Origin: an uncultured Candidatus Saccharibacteria bacterium
Lineage (GTDB): Bacteria > Patescibacteriota > Minisyncoccia > Phycocordibacterales > UBA5272
Direction: 5' to 3'
NCBI GenBank assembly: GCA_964491805.1
Contig: CAZBGU010000002.1
Location: 9,877 to 69,262 of the forward strand
Length of the DNA: 59,386 nucleotides
Shown here piece by piece: positions 46,588 through 55,944 of the stretch (positions are counted from its first letter, which is position 1; every line of letters begins with the position of its first letter). A model generated the notes under the pieces. It did no database searches, was not told where the DNA came from, and saw nothing but the letters and a program-made list of their open reading frames with translations. Both the position numbers and the translations under genes were made by a program.

Positions 46588-47268
46588 ATGTCACTAAGAA
46601 AAGGCGTAGAGATCAGATCTTCCTTACATAAAGGGTTCACTCTCGTTGAGCTTCTGGTAAGTGTTTCTATTATGGTGGTTATTCTTGGTATTACTCTTTC
46701 TGGCGGACCACAGTCAATCATGAGACTTACTTTAGCAGATAATGCTTACCAGACAGAATTGTTGTTGCGTGAAGCGCAGCTGCAAGGCAGCGCTGTTAAC
46801 TCTGTTGGCGGAGTTTATGGAGGTGTTGGTGTATTTTTTGATAGAAGCACTTCAACGAGTGTACTAAAATTTAGAGACAAGGTTGATCCGCTGATCAAGA
46901 GGGATATTGGTGTTGGTAATGGTTTGTATGATCAAAGTGTTAGTGACGAGAAGGAATTGATATTTAGGACAACAAACAACCATAAGATAGGTAAGTTATG
47001 TGTGTCTGAGGGGATTAACCCTTTTGTTTGTAATGATGAAGATCCAACGAACCTCATTAAGACACTTACTGTTTCTTTTAGTCGTCCACGACAGACCGCA
47101 CACCTATATGTTAATGGTGAATATGGCGTAAAAGGTGACCTCAATAAAGAATACACATCTGCATGTATTCAGATTGATTCCTTAAAATCACCTGCTCCTG
47201 GCTTTGTTTACTCTATTACGGTATATCGCTCAGGAATGGTGACCAAGAAAGCAAGCACATGTAAATAA
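46588..47268 (+). CDS. prepilin-type minor pilin
   Basis: HKG/FTLVELLVSVSIM N-terminal methylation motif. Confidence 0.75.
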   Translation: MSLRKGVEIRSSLHKGFTLVELLVSVSIMVVILGITLSGGPQSIMRLTLADNAYQTELLLREAQLQGSAVNSVGGVYGGVGVFFDRSTSTSVLKFRDKVDPLIKRDIGVGNGLYDQSVSDEKELIFRTTNNHKIGKLCVSEGINPFVCNDEDPTNLIKTLTVSFSRPRQTAHLYVNGEYGVKGDLNKEYTSACIQIDSLKSPAPGFVYSITVYRSGMVTKKASTCK

Positions 47269-47278
47269 AATCACAACT

Positions 47279-47929
47279 ATGACATATATCAGTAAACATT
47301 TTGGAGTAAAGGGATTCTCACTTGTAGAAATATTGGTGGTACTTGGTCTATTTTCTTCAATTGCAACGCTCAGTCTCGGGTCTCTCTTTAATGCACAGTC
47401 TGTAAATAGAAGACTGCAAGAGACTCAGGCTATTTTGGATAACGTAAATCTCTCCACTCAGACAGTGACTCGAGATATTCGTTTTGGTACTGATTTTTAC
47501 GCAACAACATCATTACCATATGGAAATGATGCTCCACCATACACACGAAGAAACTGCCCTCAGTCGTCTCCGACTGCTTGCACTATTCTTATATTTACTC
47601 CGTCCGACAGTAAAGACTACCGAGATAGGGTTGCTTACTATATAAAAAATGGAGTTCTTTACAAAACAACATATCCGTACGGGTCTTCTTCCTCCACGGA
47701 GCAAATGACGTCAAGCGATGTAACCATTAAGTCGTTATTTTTCTATCTCGAAGGGGCCCAGACTTCGCTAGGTGACACTCTTTATGACGATAATGGCGCA
47801 ATTGATTATAAGCAGCCGCTTATAACTTTTTTGCTCTCCGGTATCACTAAACCTGCAGGAGGTGCAATGGCATCAACAACTTTTGATTTTGAAACCAATA
47901 TTTCTCCTCGTGAGCTAGATAATCAATAA
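47279..47929 (+). CDS. prepilin-type minor pilin
   Basis: VKG/FSLVEILVVLGLF motif. Confidence 0.75.
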   Translation: MTYISKHFGVKGFSLVEILVVLGLFSSIATLSLGSLFNAQSVNRRLQETQAILDNVNLSTQTVTRDIRFGTDFYATTSLPYGNDAPPYTRRNCPQSSPTACTILIFTPSDSKDYRDRVAYYIKNGVLYKTTYPYGSSSSTEQMTSSDVTIKSLFFYLEGAQTSLGDTLYDDNGAIDYKQPLITFLLSGITKPAGGAMASTTFDFETNISPRELDNQ

Positions 47930-47936
47930 ACATTCT

Positions 47937-48689
47937 ATGAATACAAAACACATTAGTATACAGGGTTTTACGTTACTTGAGACTCTAGCGTCGATCGCGA
48001 TCATAGCTTTAGTTATTGTTGGCCCTCTTTCTGTATTAAGTAGATCTTCTTCGTATGCTCGACAAACCAAAGATGTTATCGTTGCTACATACCTTGCTGA
48101 AGAATCTATTGAATTGTTGCAGAACCAGTATGATTCATTGTATATATATTGTAAAAAAAGCCCTGGCGCGAACACTGGACTGTGTTTACCAAGAGGAACA
48201 GAATCAACAACAGGACAAACTTCTTGGAGACTACTTAAGGAGAGACTTGGAAGTCCAAGTACTATGCCATCTTGTTTTGGTGATGAAAGCGGAGGGAGTG
48301 GATGTTCCTTTGATACCCTTGATATGACAGGGGACATTTCTACAACGCCGCCTGCTCGTTATGCTGCAGGTGGTGAGGAATGCCCATTTCTTGTTAAGGT
48401 TAAAAAATATACTACTGGAGGAAATCAGGAGGTGTCCTATTCTCATGAAAATACCAGGAGTTCTTATGTGTGTTCTGGTGTTACATCACATGTTGTATCT
48501 GGTGTGGTTGACGCAACGAAGCCATTTACAAGAAATGTTGTTATTGACCAGTTGCCTACATTTGAAACTGGTTCAAGATACGACCAGTATAGTGATGACC
48601 TCCGTATTACTTCTGAAGTTAAGTTTAGAGGTGTAAATGGAAGAACTCAGACGTTACGCGTTATTCGCTTCATGAGTCCTCGCCTATAA
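47937..48689 (+). CDS. prepilin-type minor pilin
   Basis: IQG/FTLLETLASIAII motif. Confidence 0.75.
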   Translation: MNTKHISIQGFTLLETLASIAIIALVIVGPLSVLSRSSSYARQTKDVIVATYLAEESIELLQNQYDSLYIYCKKSPGANTGLCLPRGTESTTGQTSWRLLKERLGSPSTMPSCFGDESGGSGCSFDTLDMTGDISTTPPARYAAGGEECPFLVKVKKYTTGGNQEVSYSHENTRSSYVCSGVTSHVVSGVVDATKPFTRNVVIDQLPTFETGSRYDQYSDDLRITSEVKFRGVNGRTQTLRVIRFMSPRL

Positions 48690-48694
48690 GATAT

Positions 48695-49390
48695 ATGAAA
48701 AAACCTATTGTAACAATTCTTAGATGCTGGCTACAAAAAAACCGACTAGGTTTTATTCTACCTTTCACAATGCTTATTTGTGTACTTATTCTTCTTGTGA
48801 CAAGCACATCAATGACGCTTCTCTCTAAACAGCTTTATTTTTCGAAATTGTACAAGCAGAGTCAGTCTGCATATTATGCGGCCGATGATGCACTTGCGTG
48901 CACACTTTCTATTGATGATATGTATCAAGGAATGGATGGACTTGGAATTTTTCCAAGCAGCAATGCTGTAGACACCTTCACGTACATGGAAGATGTTGTT
49001 GCATACGTTAATCAGAAAAGAATTGACGCTGGTCTTGCGGATACTGTAGATCTACAAAGTGGCCCAGGAAAGAAACCTATAATGTGTGGTCAGGCGGTTA
49101 TCTTTGATACAGGCGAATCCTCAGATTCTAAGTTTGCAACTTCAACATTTGAACGTACATACAACGACCCTACTCTTGGACCAGTGACCGAGACTGGTAT
49201 TGCTTCGACGTTTACTATGCGTATGGACCTTGGTGTTGACCCTGTTACGAGTTTGCATTCATATCGTTGTGCTAAAGTTACTGTTAATAAAACGACGATA
49301 TTTCGTCAGATTATTTCCCAAGGATATTCGACATGTGACAATCTTAATACCGCTGTCGAGCGTGCGGTTGTAAACACAACAAAATATTAG
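48695..49390 (+). CDS. PilX-like pilus-associated protein (tentative)
   Basis: N-terminal hydrophobic anchor without the canonical G/F-x-x-x-E. Last gene of the pilin row. Confidence 0.45.
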   Translation: MKKPIVTILRCWLQKNRLGFILPFTMLICVLILLVTSTSMTLLSKQLYFSKLYKQSQSAYYAADDALACTLSIDDMYQGMDGLGIFPSSNAVDTFTYMEDVVAYVNQKRIDAGLADTVDLQSGPGKKPIMCGQAVIFDTGESSDSKFATSTFERTYNDPTLGPVTETGIASTFTMRMDLGVDPVTSLHSYRCAKVTVNKTTIFRQIISQGYSTCDNLNTAVERAVVNTTKY

Positions 49391-49430
49391 GTTTCCCTAT
49401 AATATCCTTTCTAAATAAGGCTTTTTGTGA

Positions 49431-51452
<2,022 letters not shown>

Positions 51453-51462
51453 TTGTTTAACT

Positions 51463-51747
51463 ATGATATTTACAGAACAAGATCTCGACAACCTTTCACG
51501 TCTTGCACGTATTGATATTGCAAAAGAAGAAAAACAACAAATGCTTCACGATATACAGGCAATTCTAGGCTATGTATCTGAGATAAATGATATCGATGGA
51601 GAGCTAGGGCGGTACGAGGTTTCTCTCTATAATGTTGTACGTGAGGATGTTGTTACTTGTGACACAGGTTCTAATACCGAAGCAATTCTTGCAAACGCTC
51701 CCGCATCAAAAGATGGCTATGTGGAAGTTATTCAAGTTCTTAAGTAA
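51463..51747 (+). CDS. gatC: Asp/Glu-tRNA amidotransferase subunit C
   Basis: 94 aa. LSRLARIDIAKEE... Sits directly upstream of gatA. Confidence 0.85.
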   Translation: MIFTEQDLDNLSRLARIDIAKEEKQQMLHDIQAILGYVSEINDIDGELGRYEVSLYNVVREDVVTCDTGSNTEAILANAPASKDGYVEVIQVLK

Positions 51748-51758
51748 GATATATATTT

Positions 51759-53180
51759 ATGAAAAAAACACTTCGACAATTACATGAAGAGCTTAAGAGC
51801 GGGTCGCTTACGGTAGAGTCTCTTGTTGCAGCATCACTTCAGACAATCAAAGAAAAAGACACAGATGTTCACGCGCTTCTTGGTTTATATTCTGATGCAT
51901 TCATTAGTTCACAAATAAAAAGTGCTCAAGCGATGTTCTCCAATAAAACATCGACAGTTCTTACAGGTATTCCAATTGTTCTTAAGGACAACATTCTTGT
52001 CAAAGGAGAAATTGCTACGGGTGGTTCTAAGATTCTTGAGAAATATGTTGCAACGTACGACGCAACTGTTGTTAAGAAACTGAAGAATGCGGGTGCTGTC
52101 ATAGTCGGTCGTGCCAACATGGATGAGTTTGCAATGGGTGGCTCTACTGAGAACTCTGCATATGGTGTAACAAAAAATCCACACGATCTTACAAAGATTG
52201 CTGGTGGCTCGTCAGGTGGATCAGCTGCTGTCGTTGCGTATGGAGGGGTTCCGGTGTCTCTTGGTTCTGATACTGGAGGATCTATTCGTCAACCTGCATC
52301 GTTCTGTGGCATCGTAGGACTCAAGACAACCTATGGTGACGTGTCTCGTTACGGTGTTATGGCGATGGGAAGTTCACTTGATCAAATTGGACCATTTGGC
52401 AATTCAGTAGAAGACGTTGAAGATCTTTACAGTGTAATTACAGGTCATGACGAACATGACAGTACGTCGCTTCCAGATGCGCTTCGGAATACGCAAACTG
52501 CAACTAATCTTAAAAAAGTTGTCGGTGTGCCGATGTCATTTGTTAATCAGAAGGGTGTTGATGCTTTAGTGCTAGCTAATTTCAATCAGTCAATCGAGAA
52601 AATGAAGTCTGCCGGGTATACAATTAAAGATATAACTATTCCGAATCTTGAAAAGGCGCTTTCTGTGTACTATGTTCTTATGTTCGCTGAGGTTTCGAGT
52701 AATCTTGCACGCTATGATGGTATTCGTTACGGCCTTTCTCACCCTGGTGAGACGAGTATTCGAAGTTACTTTGAGTCGCGTACTGCGGGATTCGGGCAAG
52801 AGGTGCGCAGAAGAATCCTTCTTGGAACATATGTACTTTCATCTGGTTACTACGATGCGTATTACAACAAAGCAAACCTTGTACGTGACATGCTTAAGAA
52901 AGAGTTCGTGAAGGTGTTCAAGGATGTTGATGTAATCGCAACACCAACATCTCCAGTTCCTGCGTTTGCTATTGGCGAGAAATCGCATGATCCGCTGTCT
53001 ATGTACCTTGCAGATATTTTTACTGTCCCGGTCAATATTGTAGGAGTTCCGGCAATTTCAATTCCATCAGGGAAAACCCCCTCTGGCCTACCGCTCGGAT
53101 TACAGTTTATTGCACCACACACACGTGAAGATGTCCTCTTTAGTATTGGTAAGGACTTTGAGAAACTTCGCACGGAGTAA
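51759..53180 (+). CDS. gatA: Asp/Glu-tRNA amidotransferase subunit A (amidase signature)
   Basis: GGSSGGSAAVVA and GSDTGGSIRQPASFCG motifs. Confidence 0.93.
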   Translation: MKKTLRQLHEELKSGSLTVESLVAASLQTIKEKDTDVHALLGLYSDAFISSQIKSAQAMFSNKTSTVLTGIPIVLKDNILVKGEIATGGSKILEKYVATYDATVVKKLKNAGAVIVGRANMDEFAMGGSTENSAYGVTKNPHDLTKIAGGSSGGSAAVVAYGGVPVSLGSDTGGSIRQPASFCGIVGLKTTYGDVSRYGVMAMGSSLDQIGPFGNSVEDVEDLYSVITGHDEHDSTSLPDALRNTQTATNLKKVVGVPMSFVNQKGVDALVLANFNQSIEKMKSAGYTIKDITIPNLEKALSVYYVLMFAEVSSNLARYDGIRYGLSHPGETSIRSYFESRTAGFGQEVRRRILLGTYVLSSGYYDAYYNKANLVRDMLKKEFVKVFKDVDVIATPTSPVPAFAIGEKSHDPLSMYLADIFTVPVNIVGVPAISIPSGKTPSGLPLGLQFIAPHTREDVLFSIGKDFEKLRTE

Positions 53181-53304
53181 TCATAATACACAAAGGGTAC
53201 GGAGTGTTTTGTGATATTATTATGATATAGGTGTGCTTAGTGTTTTGTATTGCGCAGATTTGTATTTGCTATACACTACAAGCCACTTTCTACAAGCTGC
53301 CCCC

Positions 53305-54702
53305 ATGTATTCTCTTTCCATTGATTATCTTTTTAATAGAATCTACGATGTTTTGCTTTGGATAAAATACACATGGCTTTTTTCCATACTTCGAAAGTCT
53401 CCGGAGACATATCTAGATGAACACTCAGGCCGCGATTGGGACGGACTGCGAGATAGAGGATGGTTTGACGAATACTTAGCACAGAAAGATATGGCAGTGC
53501 CTCCTGCAGAGGTTCATGTTTCATTGTGGCAAAGAATGCTCGAAGGTCTCGGTCTAAAAGTTCGTGATAGTGATAATGACGGTATACCAGATATTACTGA
53601 TAGTCGACCTTATGATGCAGACAATTTAACAAAAGCACAGTTAAAAGAGAGATACGAAGCAGATTACTCTTTTTTTGATAAAGTTCGAGACATGTTCGGT
53701 ATAGGACCAAAAGATACCGACAAAGATGGTGTTCCAGATAGTTACGAAGTGAACCATGGTCTTGATCCTAAGAATCCAGATTCTGATAGAGACGGTGCTC
53801 TTGATGGTCAAGAGTTAGTGCAGGGTACTGACCCGTTAAACAACGACACGGATGGTGACGGAGTTTTAGATGGACGCGATGAGGCCCCTCTTGATCCTAA
53901 GGTCTCATCAATCGGTCCTGACAGTGATGGCGATGGTGTAAGTGACAGAATAGAAAAATTTCTCGGCATAGATAGTACAAAAACAGATACAGATGGTGAC
54001 GGTATACCAGATAGCATGGACACGTATCCACTTGATCCAGAAAATTTGAGCAAGATACCTGCACTTGATATCAATAAAGCAACTGAAGGTTTACATTTTT
54101 CAATACAAAACCCAGTGTTATCTGTCTTCGCTGACATACTGTCGGTTCTGACGATTGTCGTGCTTGTGTTGCTTGTATTTATCGTTTTTAGATGGATATC
54201 TGAATTTATTGCAAGTCTTGATCATTACGAACATTATTTTCATCACGGGGATCATGGCTCACACCATGGAGGTCATGTGATTAGAGATACGAGCACCCAT
54301 AACCGTGACGAGATGCCGGCAGGTATTGCAGGGCTTCCTGTTGGGTCTGGTATAGATTTTCAGGTGCATGCACCGTCAGTACTAGAGTTAGTTGATCACC
54401 CAAAGTTTGCTGTCATTCAGGGTTACATGAGCAGCGGAAGTGAAGCGTTGTGGAGGATCGGTATTATGGAGGCTGATAATCTCCTGCTTGAAGTTCTTAG
54501 TGAGAAGGGTTACACAGGTGAAGGTGTTGGAGAAAAACTGAAGGGTGCGAGTTTCAAAACTATAGATCTTGCATGGGATGCGCATAAGTTGAGAAATAGA
54601 ATCGCACATGAAGGTTCTGACTTTGAGTTGACTGAACGGGAAGCAAAACGAGCTTTTACCTTATTTGAATCAGTATTTAGGGATTTGAAAGTGATCAGGT
54701 AA
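53305..54702 (+). CDS. membrane protein with thrombospondin-type-3-like Ca-binding repeats and a conserved C-terminal cytoplasmic domain
   Basis: At least 8 DxDxDG(I/V)xD repeats (e.g. DSDNDGIPD, DTDKDGVPD, DSDRDGALD, DTDGDGVLD), then a TM helix, a His-rich linker and a C-terminal domain ending AHKLRNRIAHEG. Confidence 0.65.
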   Translation: MYSLSIDYLFNRIYDVLLWIKYTWLFSILRKSPETYLDEHSGRDWDGLRDRGWFDEYLAQKDMAVPPAEVHVSLWQRMLEGLGLKVRDSDNDGIPDITDSRPYDADNLTKAQLKERYEADYSFFDKVRDMFGIGPKDTDKDGVPDSYEVNHGLDPKNPDSDRDGALDGQELVQGTDPLNNDTDGDGVLDGRDEAPLDPKVSSIGPDSDGDGVSDRIEKFLGIDSTKTDTDGDGIPDSMDTYPLDPENLSKIPALDINKATEGLHFSIQNPVLSVFADILSVLTIVVLVLLVFIVFRWISEFIASLDHYEHYFHHGDHGSHHGGHVIRDTSTHNRDEMPAGIAGLPVGSGIDFQVHAPSVLELVDHPKFAVIQGYMSSGSEALWRIGIMEADNLLLEVLSEKGYTGEGVGEKLKGASFKTIDLAWDAHKLRNRIAHEGSDFELTEREAKRAFTLFESVFRDLKVIR

Positions 54703-54751
54703 CTGAGTGAATAAAATATAGAAACGATGTGGATAGTTACGGAAGAAATAT

Positions 54752-54784
54752 AATACGAGCGACACCCTCGGTGTCGCTCGTATT
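54752..54784 (+). terminator. Rho-independent terminator
   Basis: AATACGAGCGACACC-CTC-GGTGTCGCTCGTATT. Confidence 0.65.
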
Positions 54785-54791
54785 ATTCTTA

Positions 54792-54881
54792 TTGCAGGGA
54801 CACTAATAAGAATAATAAAAAGAGTACCGGTTACAGTACTCCTTTTATTATTCTTGTTGCGGGGACAGGAATATCGGTCAC
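54792..54881 (-). repeat. two tandem degenerate copies of the tRNA-CAT(-) 3' end separated by an AT-rich hairpin
   Basis: Plus-strand TTGCGGGGACAGGAAT (54857-) and TTGCAGGGACACTAAT (54792-) resemble TTGCGGGGACAGGAATCG of the intact gene at 55077-. Each is preceded by TATTATTCTT. Confidence 0.7.
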
Positions 54882-55024
54882 AAAACTTCTCCTCGTCTTA
54901 CTTCCAAGAAGCGAATTTACTAATTCGTCGTCGATAAAGTTTTCTGACCACTATTCGATTCCTGACGAACATGAGCGCCTCACGGCGTGATTTACTAATC
55001 AGCAGGTCATTTATTTCATACGAG
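54882..55024 (-). other. tRNA-3'-flank structured element, copy E3 (minus strand)
   Basis: On the minus strand it reads GTCAGGAATCGAATAGTGG (54966-54948), a variable region, then GACGAGGAGAAGTTTTGTGACCGAT (54897-54873) fused to the tRNA 3' remnant. Confidence 0.55.
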
Positions 55025-55076
55025 ACAAATAAAGTAAAAGCAGTATTGATTACAATACTGCTTTTACTTTATTTGT
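55025..55076 (-). terminator. long AT-rich hairpin immediately 3' of the tRNA-CAT(-)
   Basis: 24-bp stem ACAAATAAAGTAAAAGCAGTATTG/CAATACTGCTTTTACTTTATTTGT. Confidence 0.6.
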
Positions 55077-55146
55077 TGCGGGGACAGGAATCGAACCTGT
55101 GTCCCGAGGTTATGAGCCTCGTGAGTTACCTCTACTCTACCCCGCT
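55076..55146 (-). tRNA. tRNA-Met(CAT), possibly the initiator
   Basis: Anticodon arm CGAGG-CTCATAA-CCTCG and T arm ACAGG-TTCGATT-CCTGT. My fold gives an A1/A72 mismatch and an A11:T24 pair, both initiator-like. CCA is not encoded. Met vs fMet vs Ile2 cannot be settled by eye. Confidence 0.8.
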
Positions 55147-55187
55147 ATATATTTTTCATAATTAATTGTTTAACGAGTATTAACAAA

Positions 55188-55247
55188 CCTCGGAGGTTAT
55201 GAGATCTATAAAAATCTCTTGTGAGTTACCTCTACTCTACCTCCCGC
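55188..55247 (-). pseudogene. degenerate copy of the 5' half of the tRNA-CAT(-) with a hairpin insertion
   Basis: The minus strand reads GCGGGAGGTAGAGTAGAGGTAACTCAC-AAGAGATTTTTATAGAT-CTCATAACCTCCGAGG. The intact gene reads GCGGGGTAGAGTAGAGGTAACTCACGAGGCTCATAACCTCGGG. Confidence 0.7.
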
Positions 55248-55418
55248 TATCTTTTGTTCACGATATTCAAATGTTATGATATAGTACCACAATTTTAATG
55301 AATTCACAAGATATTTCATACACAGTGCACTATCGTATTGAAATTATGTCAAAAATATAGTAGTATTTGATGTACTTGTTGAACACAGTACGTGTTACAA
55401 ACTAGATAATAACACTAT

Positions 55419-55495
55419 GTCAGTGTAGCTCAGTTGGTTAGAGCGAAGGACTCATAAGCCTTAGGTCGGTGGTTCGATCCCACCCACTGACACCA
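55419..55495 (+). tRNA. tRNA-Met(CAT) (elongator Met or Ile2-lysidine type)
   Basis: Acceptor GTCAGTG/CACTGAC, anticodon loop CTCATAA, T arm GGTGG-TTCGATC-CCACC. CCA is encoded. Confidence 0.88.
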
Positions 55496-55543
55496 AATAA
55501 TAAACACCCTCATATGAGGGTGTTTATTATTTGGTGTCAGTGG
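55484..55543. repeat. perfect 28-bp inverted repeat that includes the last 12 nt of the tRNA
   Basis: CCACTGACACCAAATAATAAACACCCTC-ATAT-GAGGGTGTTTATTATTTGGTGTCAGTGG. Confidence 0.9.
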
Positions 55544-55668
55544 AGAAAGTAAACTGCTTTACTTTCGTGTGGGATCGAATAGGCGAATCAGCAGATTCGG
55601 TTCTTGGAACAAGCGGAATATCTTCGGCGAACGAAGTGAGGAGGAGTTCCGTGACCGATCCCACCCAG
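55544..55668 (+). other. tRNA-3'-flank structured element, copy E4
   Basis: GAAAGTAAA-CTGC-TTTACTTTC (55545-55566), GTGTGGGATCGAATAGGC, hairpin CGAATC-AGCA-GATTCG, CGAACGAAGTGAGGAGG (55628-55644), then AGTTCCGTGACCGATCCCACCCAG as a tRNA 3' remnant. Confidence 0.6.
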
Positions 55669-55682
55669 TATTAAAATTAAAC

Positions 55683-55886
55683 CTACTTACCCTTAGACCA
55701 AACATATCCGACATACACCGAAAGCACTATACCAGTTATGAGTACGATAAGCATGTATGGGTGTACTATTTTTTCAAAATATACCCCACACGATATTCCG
55801 ATAAAGAATACAGCTACTTTAAATATACTAAGTTGCCACCAGGTGAATGTTGTATTTTTGAAGATGTTCATACCATAAGTATACAC
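55683..55886 (-). CDS. small two-TM membrane protein
   Basis: 67 aa with two hydrophobic helices. Starts 58 nt downstream of the 407-aa gene on the same strand. Confidence 0.45.
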   Translation of the reverse strand: MYTYGMNIFKNTTFTWWQLSIFKVAVFFIGISCGVYFEKIVHPYMLIVLITGIVLSVYVGYVWSKGK

Positions 55887-55944
55887 CTTTCATGCAATGT
55901 GCCGTATTGCTAATAGCTACAAGCTTAAGATGTAAAGCTGTCCA

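Noticed and set aside
51463-53180. Absence of gatB after gatCA as a sign of an incomplete amidotransferase
   Set aside because: gatB is frequently encoded elsewhere, and a 59-kb window cannot show absence.
54971-55165. 64-aa plus-strand ORF over the tRNA-CAT(-) and element E3
   Set aside because: It overlaps a tRNA gene and hairpins, and has no RBS.
54790-55670. CRISPR-like array, suggested by the repeated short tRNA-end copies
   Set aside because: The repeats are few, degenerate, irregularly spaced and in both orientations. They derive from the adjacent tRNAs. No cas genes are present.
55569-55913. 114-aa plus-strand ORF (GTG start) across element E4 and antisense to the small membrane-protein gene
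   Set aside because: It starts inside the T-arm-like box. Its composition is dictated by the repeats. The minus-strand 67-aa two-TM ORF is the more plausible coding feature.
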